Origin: Octopus bimaculoides
Lineage: Eukaryota
DNA: 36,636 nt
Direction of reading: 5' to 3'
NCBI RefSeq assembly: GCF_001194135.2
Contig: NC_068984.1
Location: 1,052,456-1,089,091 of the forward strand
Positions 1 through 12,209 of the stretch are shown here, in pieces. Within the stretch, counting starts at the first letter, position 1. Each line of letters opens with the position of its first letter. The translations under genes and the position numbers were made by a program. Below the pieces are notes generated by a model, which had not been told where the DNA came from, did no database searches, and worked only from the letters and a program-made list of their open reading frames with translations.

Positions 1-28
1 ATATATACATATATATAGACAGACAGGC

Positions 29-99
<71 letters not shown>

Positions 100-119
100 G
101 AGATAGATAGATAGATATA
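1..119. repeat. Compound microsatellite (AT)/(GACA)/(GATA)
   Basis: Direct inspection. Similar tracts at about 3321-3440, 4470-4500, 11965-12076, 17530-17660, 18784-18847, 19530-19670, 23884-23920, 33860-33950 and 34750-35010. Confidence 0.98.
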
Positions 120-741
120 ATTGAAATGCCAAGCAGAATCACTATCCCACAACATCTACACATTCAAAACAGTTTCCCAACGGCCCTTTAGCAACGACAC
201 ACCATGATAAGCTCAGTGACTATTACTAACTTCAGGCCACGACAGACAGAGAGGATGTTCTTGAAGCTGATGAGTTCAAACTTACAGAGACAATATTTAC
301 ATATCTCTTGAGGAAACACAACTAGATCTCATAATGTAGGGAAACAGTTGCATAATCAAGTACCTGCACGCCTGGAGAACTACGCTGCGTGGAAACAATT
401 GTAGTGGTTAAAAAATAAGTGTCCTTGTTGACTCCATTTTTTTCAATTATCTATTCACACATGACAGAAGCCTAAATGCAAACCTGGAAATATGTATGAA
501 ACTAATACTGGAAATCACAGGGTAAATCTGAAGGTGGACGAGTTCTATATTCTACTCTAGTACGTTCTTTACAAGATATACCATAACTATATATGTATAG
601 AAAGAGAGAAAGAGATACATGCATACATTCATATATATATGGAAGGTGTTTATAAGCCATTTAAAATAACACACAAAAACCGTTAGAATCACTTCAAAAT
701 TTATATTTAATTTGTCAAAATATTTTCGTCGCTTTGAGACC

Positions 742-801
742 GCGACCTGTTCACTGACAAAATTCTGGCGCAGCACAGAATTTTGTCAGTGAACAGGTCG
801 C
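742..801. repeat. Perfect 26-bp inverted repeat with 8-nt loop
   Basis: gcgacctgttcactgacaaaattctg (742-767) / cagaattttgtcagtgaacaggtcgc (776-801). Confidence 0.97.
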
Positions 802-3227
802 CTTATTGGTAGATAAATATTCTTTATTTGTAGGTTAACAAGGCAACTAATGGCTTCATGTGAAGAGATCTTCACACTTGTTCAAGAGTGCCACGTGGAA
901 GCCACAAGGTACACGCCACGTGATTCAAAAGTGCCACATGGTACTCGTCTCCACTTTGGTTACGATTACACGCGGTTACACTGCACAACACACACTCACA
1001 CATGCACAGACACACGCATAATATGCCCGTTATATTCAGGTTTGTTTTATGAATTTGTAGTGCAGTCTATTTTAAAATGTCTAATTTTAGTGGTTCCTCT
1101 ACGAACAGGTTACTGCACTACTGCTACTACTCTATCCACCATCACCATCACCACCACTGTGTTGCTATTAGGAAATGTGGCCGTGTCATTGCGCGGAATG
1201 ACTCAAGTGCCACCAATGAAGGTTTCGTCTTCACCGTCGACTATGAAGGACAAGTCAGCAAGACATGACTTTCTTCTTCAAATTATCGACTAAAGCTGAG
1301 AACTACAGAGAGAGGGACACGTTTGAAATGAAATGAAATGAATATAAATTGAGTCATGTACCTCAATAACAAAACACTCAATGGCACCACTACTACTATT
1401 ACTAACACTACAGCTGAATATAGCTTGACAACAATACGTTTTATTATTAGTGTTTATGTTGCATCTGTTAGAACAGTTGTATATAGTAAGAAGATGATAG
1501 AATGGAATGTAATCCATTGCAAAATCACTTCAATATAAATATTTACTCAGAGTTCATTTTCTAGGAAGCCTTTGAAACAACTCCGTCTTTCTTAGATCAA
1601 AGTTTGAAATTCTACAATGGTGAACGGATCCGACAGGAAGCCACTAAAATTCCCTGAATTTATGTGAATAAACAGTAAAGCTTTATCACACCATAGTCTT
1701 AAAAGTCAGTTGTACTGATTGACCGAGAGAAATATCCAGAGATCCCTGCTGTATGTAAACTATATAACAAAGTGGATGCTAATATAATGTACGTTCCAAG
1801 ACATTTCATATTAATTAAAATTACAGCCAGATTAATTAGAAATAGCCATTATTTCCATGATAATTATAGCTAAGAAGGGTGTGGGGGACAACACCTTAAT
1901 AACGTTGACTGAAAACAGAATACATTGAGGGGCGGGGATGTGAGTCTGTGCTTTAATAGTTGGTGCCTATAATCCCCGTCTGCTCAAAATGGTAAACAGT
2001 GACAAAGAAATACTTTTCTAAACTGTAATGATACAAACGAAAGATGAAGTTAACCTTCACGTAACTTAAACTTTGGGTCCTTCCTACAACATCCCCCCCC
2101 CCCATTATTATCGATATATATACATACATTGATATCTTTAAAACCCCGCCAGATATGACTTTTTACTTACTAGACTCATTATCGAGAAGATTCGAAAGAT
2201 AGAAATTTCTTACTGTTCAGCGTCTTTTGCCTTTCTTTCTGAGCAATGAATCTAAATAAAGATTGATTAGGGAAAATAACAATAATAATGAAAACGGTTG
2301 GAATAAAAAGAAAAGTAGAAGAAATAATAGCAATTTTGTAGAGAAATATTGATTTTGTACGTAAGCACCAGATTTATAGTGGAGCGGGGAAATGTGACTG
2401 CGAGGCATTCAAAATGTTCCTAATTATATAGGGGACGTAGATATGGAGAAACAAGAACATATCTATTTACTCTTAATACGTTCGGACGTGAGGACCTGAT
2501 TGCTGTTGTTTTTCCCCATCAAAACATTCCCTGCCACTAAATGATGTGCGTTCATTGACATTAGATTCATCGACCTAAGAAGACTTTGAGACTTCGCGAT
2601 GTTTCGACCTTATTGTGTGTCTCCTCGGTCAAAACTATCCCCAATCAATGAATCTAAAGCAGAAGTTTATGCTCCTGTTTATAGAAATTAGCAAACAAGT
2701 TATTTACTGATGTGGGCTGAAGTTTACCAAACTGAAAATAATTAATTGGTTGCATGCAGATCAGCAAGAATCGAAACAACGACGTATCAATTCATTCTTA
2801 AAATATCCTGGCAGATTTGAACATGAATATCAGATCGCTGTTGCTTTTCGTCATTGGAAACACCCCCGCCTCTCTTTAGACACTCTCTATTCATACGCGA
2901 TATATCGGTGTAAAGGGACTTTAGGACAGCTATTTGTTAAATATATTAAAAATGAATAAATACGTAACTGCTTGGCTTCTTATTGTTCTGCTTGCACTCC
3001 TTCAATTATTATCAGTTTGGTAGGCATCAGCAAGTAATTTGTTTACTGATATCTATAAACAAGATGCCCGGAATCTTGTTAGAGTCAACAGTCCGGTGGG
3101 GGTGGCTCTCACTGAGGGACACATAATAGAATCAAAACTAATATATCGTTAATTAGCAGCTCGATAAATAAAGCTCGAAAAAAATGGATGAGATCGATAA
3201 AGTACGGGAGCTGATATAATACTTGAT

Positions 3228-3275
3228 GACTGTGCCCCAGCATGGCCACAGCTAATGACTGAAACAAGTTTAAGG
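3228..3275 (+). mobile_element. SINE 3' fragment (related pieces at ~3871-3897 and ~34355-34410)
   Basis: gtgccccagcatggccacagctaatgactgaaacaag motif. Confidence 0.55.
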
Positions 3276-3369
3276 ATATTCACGTACATTTATCGAAAAA
3301 ATATCAGATACTGTATTAGAAACAGATTGACATACATACATACATACATACAGACAAACAGACAGACAA

Positions 3370-3440
<71 letters not shown>

Positions 3441-3492
3441 TTAGCAAATATATAATAAATTCGTTCCAATTTTGACACAAGGCTAGCAATTT

Positions 3493-3681
3493 TGAAAAGT
3501 GGGGGTATAGTCGATTATATTGACCCTAGTATTTGACTGGTTCTTTATTTAATTGATCCCGAAAGAGTGAAAGGTATGGTTAATCTCAGTGGGATTTGAA
3601 CTCAAGAGATAAAGAGCCGGAAGAAATGGCATTAAGTATTATTAGCCGACGCCCAAACCGTTCTGCCATCTCACCACCTTA
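3493..3681 (-). mobile_element. tRNA-derived SINE (cephalopod family)
   Basis: Reverse-complement match to the plus-strand copies at 14991, 15938 and 17325. Confidence 0.8.
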
Positions 3682-3932
3682 AACCTCTCCGAGCCATTAT
3701 TTCTTGAGACCAACGTTCTCTGACTTTACTCACTCTCACACTCAAGTGCATCTTTCACAACTTCTTAAAGAACAACAGCCACCACCACCACCTTCACATA
3801 TAACGTATTTATTGTCATTCCCATTGTGGTGGTGGGAAGAGAAAATATTTCAAACATTAAACAAATACGCTGGTGCCCCAGCATGACCGCAGCTTTTAAA
3901 GAATATTTATTAAACGAAACAAAATCATTACA

Positions 3933-4214
3933 GAATTAATTAACGAAATAGTTGAATGTATATCAGCTGTGGGGCCTTTCTTTTCAATTGGACATACAAT
4001 GGGGTTTGTTCATCATTAATTTAAACCTGTTCATCATAATAATATTGCTTCTGTTTGTCTGCTTTGAATTAATTAACTTTGAATGAATTAACGAAATTGC
4101 TGAATATATCAGCACTGGGACCTTCCCATTCAATTGGCCACAGAACAGGGTTAGTAATGCTACCGTTTCATTTAAGCCTATTCATCATAATATTGTTTCA
4201 ACTTGTCGTCTGCT
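3933..4214. repeat. Diverged ~150-bp tandem duplication
   Basis: 3933-4063 resembles 4081-4214 (attaacgaaat...tatatcagc...ttcaattgg...ttcatcataa...gtctgct). Confidence 0.8.
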
Positions 4215-4469
4215 ACTATAACCACGTCTAGCAACTGGTACAATACAGTTATGGCGTGATTGGACTTCAACATGGCAGCCACGCATTTCAACGTGATCTT
4301 CTTAACGTCGCTGTGGGTCTTTCTGCTAAATATCAACATTGAAATGAAAGCTAATATTGCTAAATAGTACCTCATTATACCCTCTTCATTGATCCTATTG
4401 GCGTGGGTGGGATATATTATTCGATCTTCTAATAGATCTTCCTTTCTTCTCATTCACTTGTTCTCTGTG

Positions 4470-4505
<36 letters not shown>

Positions 4506-6016
4506 CCCTTTCTCCTTCTCTCTTCCCTTTCGCTCTCTCTTACACATGCATATTCTCTCACATACATATCTACACATTCATGTTCTCTCTTTCTCACACA
4601 CACATTCTCCCGCCCTTCCTTTCTTTCACTTTCTGTCTTCAGTGTTTTTATTTTTATTATATTTAATCTTCCCGTCGTCGAATAAAAGTCCCGTTTACTA
4701 CAAAAAGAGAATAATCTTGAACTGTATAGAATCCATTTGGCGGAACTATCGATTTCTGAGTTTGTCAGAGTTATCAAAGTAGGTTTTGCTGCAATATCGA
4801 CCGTTTTTTTCTCAACTTCCTCGTAACCGACATATGTACTGGCCGCAGTACTATTTTCAGATCGAGCCAATTTCAGCCACTTAAGAACTGCAAAAATTTA
4901 CATCAAAGATAAAAAAATAAATAAATAATTTTTTTCTCAGTCTTTAAAGTGTCGATGGGGTGGAATATAAAATAGATGATAATAAAGGATTAGTTTTGTT
5001 GATAAACAAAAACTAAAGGGAAAAATGAATCTTTTCACCATTCTCCAGAAATCAGATAGAATGACGTTAGTATTAGGTCAATATGATGACGCCTACGTCA
5101 TCAAAGTTTCTTTACATAAATGCAATGACGTAAACAAAATGGAAACCCGCCTATCTGCTGCCGCTGAAAAGTCAAACACTTGGAATGCGATGTTTTCTTG
5201 GTGATTTTATTGATGAATAATTTCTAGAAGAAAAGGGGTCGGTTTGAATCCATCACTATTAGATGTGTTCCTTGAGAGAAGGCAGAGAATATTTCTATGA
5301 TTTGTTAGAATACGTCTGAAACATATTAAACATGGTGTTGTCTGTGAGTTTGTAGTAGTTTATATATCATAGCTGAGAAGAAATATTTGGAAATATTTGA
5401 CGTTTTGAGGTTATCCCTCCATTAGAGAGTGAAAGAATAAGTTTTTTTGTTTCAATTTGAACAAATAAAAATATTTTCTCTCTCGAAAATGAAGAGACAC
5501 CTTCATATTGAACAAACTCTAATTTCACACTTTAATGCATACCAATACGGATGATAACCGGTTTCCTCTGACACTGTTTATCGAAATACTTTTGTATAGT
5601 TTAGTGTGCTTTTGTTTGCCAAAGGCAAAACGCTTGTGTCCACAGTGATTTCTAATGAGAAGTAGATTGTGGGTAAATTTCTGCAGTTGTCACTTGGGAT
5701 CGAGTAACCGTGATCCAGGATAGACCGTCTGCCCCACACTTAACCGAGTGACAAGTAGCGGAAAAGAAGGCTTCACCAGAACTCGGCAGCTATTTTCTTT
5801 ATTGACACTGAGAAAGTGAAAGACAAAGTTCTCCTTGGCAGTATTCGAGATCAAAGTACAAAAAACCTAGCGCACTTTCTCCGAAACTCCAATGACTTGG
5901 CCAGTCGGCCATTTTATAGTAAATAGAAGCTGGACTGTAATATTGATAAATATCAAAAAGTAAATTTATCATATACAACTGGTATAAAGATGAGAAAATA
6001 CCTTGCGAGAATTGTT

Positions 6017-6120
6017 GTGTCTCTTTACGATCTGAGTTTCCACCGAGGGGCCACACTGCCTTTCATTCTTCTGGGGGTCGATAACATGAAATACCTTTTA
6101 GACCGATGGTATTGACTTCA
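6017..6120 (+). mobile_element. SINE internal fragment, same family
   Basis: ctttacgatctgagtt...gcctttcattcttctgggggtcgataa matches the other copies. Confidence 0.6.
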
Positions 6121-6159
6121 AAACTGTACACCTTACGTCTAACTATTGTTGTTGCTATT

Positions 6160-6950
6160 GAATCATCATTATTATTATTCCGCTTGTGTATGCGCTGGTG
6201 TATGTTAATTTCATTAGCAGGTATTTTGTTTTGAGGTTTGGTAACAACAAGTCTCCTCAAAGCTCAAGAACTTTCCTCAGGATTCAGAATATAGGATGGT
6301 ACTTTTCTGCCGGTCGACAATGCGAATTTCAATTCCAGTCTCTTTCAGTCTTTTAGATGACAATTTTGGGTTTTGTGCCAAGTGAACCAATTACTACAGG
6401 AATAATCTGTTGCCTTGATCTCCCACATTCTCCTCAGCTCTCTGGCTAGGTCCGGGCGTTTCCCGTTTTTTTTTCAACTTCGATTTCCTTGGTATGGAGT
6501 CTGTTATTATAGGAAATCGCAAAATCTCTGATCCTACACTGATTCTTTTGTCCTCTCTGATCATATTTGGTCCTCTAGCTTCAACGGTATGGTTAGTCTT
6601 TCATGGAAGATCTCACAATATATTTTAGAAAATTCTCATTTTCTACAACAGGGTCTGGTTCGTGTTCAAACCACTTTTCTGCCCTTTTGAAGCCACACTC
6701 TCGACTAGCATCCCAATACACTCACTCTCTTGCCTATACAGTCGCGTCTGCTCTTATCCTCAATTTGTGCCAGTGTTTTGCACTCACCCAAAAGATGATT
6801 TATACTTTCGTCTCCTTTCCTGAAGATTCTATATTTGTTGTCTGACTGAGTTTTGTCGGCCTCTGCTTTTCCACATTTGTTCTAAGCGGTTGTTCCTGAG
6901 CGGCTATAACTAGGGTTTCTGTTTCTCGTTTCAAGTTATTCTTAATATAT
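6160..6950 (-). mobile_element. R4/Dong-type LINE, 3' fragment (zinc knuckle plus RLE endonuclease region, 3' UTR, AAT tail)
   Basis: Minus-strand translation gives KRETETLVIAAQEQ, AEKWFEHEPDPVVENEN and LARELRRMWEIK, with stops and frameshifts. Degenerate (AAT)n at about 6160-6180. Confidence 0.85.
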
Positions 6951-6951
6951 T

Positions 6952-9465
6952 ATTGTATCATGAAAGCTCTCAGCTTATTTTGCTTGGATTAGTGGCAAGT
7001 GTCAGCTGACTACAGCCAACAGACTAACGTAACACTTGTTTATTGGTTATGCTTCAGGAACCCTTCGGAGAACTCTTGTAGTTCCAAGTAATCATGATTT
7101 TTGTAGGTGTTCTATCCTTACATTTGTACCAATCTTTTTGAGTTACGTTGGTAATTGAGTACTGATACTTCCAGGCATGCCACTCACTACTGGTATCATG
7201 GCTCACATTCTTCACTGCCCACAGTCTGAATATTTCCCAATTCAAATCGTCGTAGTTGTTCACTTGTTCACTTTTTCTTCTTTCTCTTTCAATTCAATTA
7301 TCAGGTATCTTTTATCTTTTCTGTTCACCACAGCAACGTCAGATTTCCGTTGTTTAATCTGATAGTAACACCGAATCGTTGCATCCCACGGGACTTTGCA
7401 ATTCTCATTCTCAATAACTCTTTCTGCGATTTGGCCATACCACGTTTATGATCTTCCTGGGCCATAATTTCCACAGAGCTTCCAATGGATCATTCTTGCC
7501 TCATTGTCATGTCATTTATAGTCATGTAATGCTAATTTCGATCATTCACTAACAATTTGTCATATTGTTTCACTTCTCTCCTCATCATTATGCATTTGTC
7601 GTTCTCAGTTTTACCAATTCAGCACTTCACATAGTTTGTCCTCAATTCTTGTCCTTTGCAGTGAATTTAAATGTTTCTGTTTCTATCTTCAAGTCATTCT
7701 TCCGAATCCATTATCACTGACATTATCTGTCTTTGGGCTCGTATCTCTTGCAAACTGACATTTTCTCTTTCTCTTTCGCTTTTTTTTTTTTTGCGTATTT
7801 TTTTCCTCTTTAAATTTCTTATCACAATTATCACAATTTCTATCTAAACTGTTTCCCTCTGCTACAATACAATCCTGATAACTGATCAAACCTCTCCTAC
7901 CCTTTCTTTAGGACAATTACAACCTATCAGTGTCGCTCTTAAGATGAACTTCTCCGTGCCCTCTCAATATTTTCTGTGTCTTCATATCCATGCTCATCAG
8001 TTCATACTTTTGCCCGTTTATGATTCCAGCTCTATACATAAGTGATGTTATCACCCATGTATTTAGTGCTTAAATTTTATTCCATCCAGTCAATTTTGAG
8101 CGCAACACCAATCTTAGTCTTCGAAAATACTCTTTCTTCAGCTGTTCTGTCATTTTCTTCTCCATGATTCCATTGAACTCTATTATGCCAAAGTAGTTAT
8201 AGCCTTCCTTTTTAATTTGTTTAATCACTTCTCTATTAGGTAATTCTATCCCTGCCAGGGACTGTAGTTTGCTTCTTTTCAGGTTCATTATACTACACTT
8301 CTTGAGTCCGAATTCCATGCAGTGGGCCGTGTTCACCAAAAAACTCACTTGTGCTTCATCCTTGTCATACAGCTTCAAAACATCCATGAAGAAGAGACGG
8401 CTGGTTCTTTGTTTTTCCCTTGGACTGATATTCCAGGTTCATTTTCCTCATCACCAAAGTCAGAGGAGTCATACAAAGAACAAAAAGCAACGGAGATAAG
8501 CTACCTCCTTGGAAAATCCCTTCCTTGATGCCCAGAGTGCCCAAGCTTTGTCCGTAGGATGTCAAACTCAGTTCTCCACCCCCACCATACTTCTCTTCAG
8601 AAAACGTGTTACATTCCTTGCAATTCCGAACAATTCTGAGTACTCAATGGTCCACGAATGTGGAATCATATCGTAAGCATTGCGATTGTCAATCCAGGCC
8701 ATTTCCAAATGTGTCCCCTTTCGCCTACAATCTTGCATTGCCATTTCCTTTGTCAATAATGGGTCTTTGAGTACTTCTGTATTTCCTTCTACAACTTCTT
8801 TCGTTTCATTGGTCAAATGTCATTATCATCAAGGGATCTGTACATTTCTTCTGTTATTCTTCCGACAGTAAGTTCCACATCAATGGAAGGCAAGAAATTA
8901 ACCTGTAATTATCGGCAGCATTTCCTTTTGGTACATCCTTCAGATACAACACTGTTCGTCCTTTGCTCAACCAACCTGGAATTACTTCTGTCCCCGTGAA
9001 TCAATGCATTAAATTGCTTTGCAATCAATTTATGGCACCTACTGGATTTTTTTCAACTAACATCCCTGTACACCTCATGGCCCCGCTGCTTTCTAATTGC
9101 CCATCGTTTTACTCATATTTCTGATACTCCTCTCCTCAGTAAAGAGGACAGCTTCTTGCATGGGATAAGAAGCTGTCTGCTTCAGATTGCAGGGCCATTC
9201 AGTTCCGGTATTGTGTTGGCCTTGCTTACTGGACATTTTACGGTCCCCAAACCGTCGACTTTCACCGGCATCAGAAATTAATCTTTCGCATGCAACATCC
9301 TCATTAATTTCTTGATAAAATCATTTTTGCTCGATCCTAAACAATTGCTCGACCTTAAGGAGTTCGGCTCTTTTGGCAAAAGTATGCGCTGCTCCCCCTC
9401 TTCGACTACAACACCATACTTGAAGCTTTCCAATTTATGATCATTCTTCAGTTCTTCTTTGCTTT
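6952..9465 (-). mobile_element. R4/Dong-type LINE, 5'-truncated and decayed (RT plus RLE)
   Basis: RT motifs AWIDNRNAYDMIPHSW (8568-8816), GIFQGGSLSPLLF (8365-8565) and EYFRRLRLVLRSKL (8070-8387); downstream ELRTNYVK, IHWKLCGNY and WEIFRLWAVK. Confidence 0.9.
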
Positions 9466-9512
9466 ATCATTATTATCATAATAGTTGTTGTTGCTATCTA
9501 CTTTTAATCTTT

Positions 9513-10592
9513 ATTTTTGTTGCAACCATTTGCCGAGGGGACATACCCAGCGCCCTAGGGTAAGTGAAGGATAAGAGATGTTACAGTATGACTGAAAGCT
9601 TGAGGAGGGGAAGTGGCAGGGACAGTAGCGAAATATCTTCATGTAATACAACACAGGCATTTAAATGGATAGGGTTTTTCTAATGATGTGGTGAGTACTT
9701 GTCAGCACAATCTTTTGGATTTCTCTGTGACATGGCTCACCAAGGATATTATCTAGATGTTTCTGACATCCCTTTCTTATCATACCTAGGGCACCCGCAA
9801 TAACAGGAACAGTTCTCGCTTTAAGATGCCACATCTTTTGGATTTCAATTTCCTGTTCCTTATATTTACTTAGTTTGTCAAATTTCTTTACAGATATATT
9901 CTTATCAGTGGGAACACTTACATCTATTAGTCTACAAGTATTTTCTTCTCCATCTTTAATGATTATGTCTGGTCGATTAGCTTGGATCGTTCTGTTAGTG
10001 TTGACTGGAAAATCTCAGGGGATAGTGAAATTTTTACCTTCAACGACTGGCTCAGGATGATGTTTATACCAGTAAGCAGGAGTGCTGATTTTGTAGTGTT
10101 AACATATTTTCCAATGTAAATACTGTTCTGCCCCATCGTGGCGATTTTTGTATTCGTTTGGTGTCAGCAGAGGACATCCTGAGATGAGATGGTCTATTGT
10201 TTCGTCGAATGTGTCGCTGAATCTGCATTTAGGGTCAGAACCGTTTTGAAGAATGTTAGCCAGGTAGTTTTTTGTGAGCAAGCTTTGATCTCGTGCCGCC
10301 AATATGAGTCTCTGCTTTCAGTCTTGAACTTCTCAGCCACTGATGGGTTGTTGCTTGGTCTACATCAACATTTCGACTTCGAAGTAAATACTGTCCATGC
10401 AGAGACTTCTAGCTCTATCGCTCCTCAATTTTGTTTCTGCCCGTTCTTTTTTGCCGTCCGTTTGATCCGTTTTGTTTGTTTTATGGCAGTGGTTTCAGGT
10501 TCTTCATCTAATTCAGGATTAATGCCAAGTTCCCTTGCAAATTTGCAAGCTTCCTTGACAATAGAATGAGATTTTTGGCTGCTTTCGGGAAC
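9513..10592 (-). mobile_element. R4/Dong-type LINE, 3' fragment of a second subfamily
   Basis: AARDQSLLTKNY...KCRFSDTFDETIDHLISGCPLL...RHD...LHWKIC (10099-10302), then a QANRPDI-type RLE region and 3' UTR. Confidence 0.88.
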
Positions 10593-10634
10593 GACCATCA
10601 TCATCATCATCATTATTATTATTATTATTATTAT

Positions 10635-11036
10635 TTTATGTTTGACTTTTGCTTTGCATTTGTACAAGTTGGCTCCAAGTCTCACCCAGAGACCTCAAGA
10701 GACAACAAGCGAGAAGTTCATGTAGGTGTTATGCCTAGGGTGTCATATATTTGGTTCTGGACATAGTGTTGTTCTAGAGAATGTTTAAGAAACCATAAGA
10801 AAATTATGTGTTTGTTTTAAAATTTGAGATCACATAGACAGTATTTTACGTAGGATATGGGCAGTTCTCATGAGCACTATCTTTTGAATTTCTGCCATTT
10901 AGGGGTCTCCTAGTATCTGAGATAGATAGCAATCAGCCCCTTTTGATATCATTCCCAGGGCTCCTATGACAACAGGTATCGTTTTAGTCTTAAGGTTCCA
11001 CATTTTGCTCATTTCTATTTCAAGATCTTTATATCG
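10635..11036 (-). mobile_element. R4/Dong-type LINE, short 3' fragment with (AAT)n tail
   Basis: RYKDLEIEMSKMWNLKTKTIPVVIGALGMI...TAHILRKILSM* followed by a UTR that closely matches 35910-36107; tail at 10596-10634. Confidence 0.88.
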
Positions 11037-11048
11037 TCATCATCATCA

Positions 11049-11108
<60 letters not shown>

Positions 11109-11113
11109 GTATT

Positions 11114-11225
11114 GAGTGAGAGAGCAGTGCATGCCATCAAAGTGGCACTGGGGTAAAATATAGGGTGCCCAATATACCCATCATGACTACCCGTCTAAGG
11201 GTACACCAGGCACATGCATCACAAC
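11114..11225 (-). mobile_element. 3' end of an abundant cephalopod retroposon with (AAT)n tail
   Basis: gagtgagagagcagtgcatgccatcaaagt...ggtacaccaggcacatgcatcacaac recognised as a common Octopus repeat; abuts (ATT)n at 11037-11113. Confidence 0.6.
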
Positions 11226-11465
11226 TGTCGTTCAACTTGAGCATTTGTAGGTTAACATTTGCTGAAAAAGCAAGAGACTGATGATAAAAGGTCTGGCGAA
11301 AGATTTAGAGTCTGTTTCGTGGCTGATGAATAAATAACGAAGGCCTTTAGTATTCGTCTTTCTAGGATGTAAATAACGTATTATAGTAACAGTAAATTAG
11401 ACAAAGCACAATGTCACAACTGATGTTACAATTAGTAAATACAGCTTCAGAGCAGGCAGACGATA

Positions 11466-11550
11466 ATGCAGCTGGTGGATGCAGCTGGTGGATGCAGCTG
11501 GTGGATGCAGCTGGTGGATGCAGCTGGTGGATGCAGCTGGTGGATGCAGC
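11466..11550. repeat. 13-bp minisatellite (GCTGGTGGATGCA) x6
   Basis: Exact units starting at 11471, 11484, 11497, 11510, 11523 and 11536. Confidence 0.97.
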
Positions 11551-11991
11551 TTCTGGTGAGTGAATCATCCAAATGAGTCCTTTGTGAATGCTGTCTAAAA
11601 TAATCGAAACTTTTGAACAGTTCTCTGATTTTGATCGAACATAAATACTGTATTGCGTGAGAAATTGTTTCGCGGTGAAGTAGTTCCTGGCTGTTTGTAT
11701 TGTTCTCTTTGCTATGATATAAATATAAGCAGTAAATATTGTGGAGTTTAAATTGGTTTGTTATTCATGACTTAATGCATGCATTTTCATCAGTTCTGGC
11801 TGGGACGTGGTGCCACTAAGTGAGACAATGGTCTTATAGACTTATTGAAGAATGTTTTCAAAGTCTCAATTCATGACAGAAGTGCGTGTATGTTTAGCTA
11901 GCGTGTGAATGACGCTCGCGTTTGAAAGATTATCAAAGAGCTAGAGGTGGTATCGTCTGCTCTGGTGTGTGTGTGCGTGCGAGTGTGTGCG

Positions 11992-12078
<87 letters not shown>

Positions 12079-12209
12079 TTATGAATGACAATGACCGTGT
12101 GATTAATATAGAGAAGGAAATAATACTACACTGCAATATATATACTTGTTGATATAACGTGGGCCAGAAATGGGCGTGGTTGATCTATAAAAGAGCAATG
12201 TGACTGGAA

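Noticed and set aside
265-290. CTGATGAG-TTCAAACT as a hammerhead
   Set aside because: No GAAA after the putative stem II and no stem I.
850-1293. 147-aa plus ORF and CACGTG motifs at 892 and 917
   Set aside because: The ORF runs through (CA)n and (CAC)n tracts with no recognisable domain; two E-boxes are unremarkable.
4680-4890. Plus-frame GPCR-like pattern (HLAELS...LAAVLFSDR)
   Set aside because: Interrupted by a stop, lacks other helices, and is the antisense of the longer minus frame.
5062-5130. Four TGACG half-sites including a gatgacg/cgtcatc hairpin
   Set aside because: No full CRE and no supported transcription start; cannot be called a promoter.
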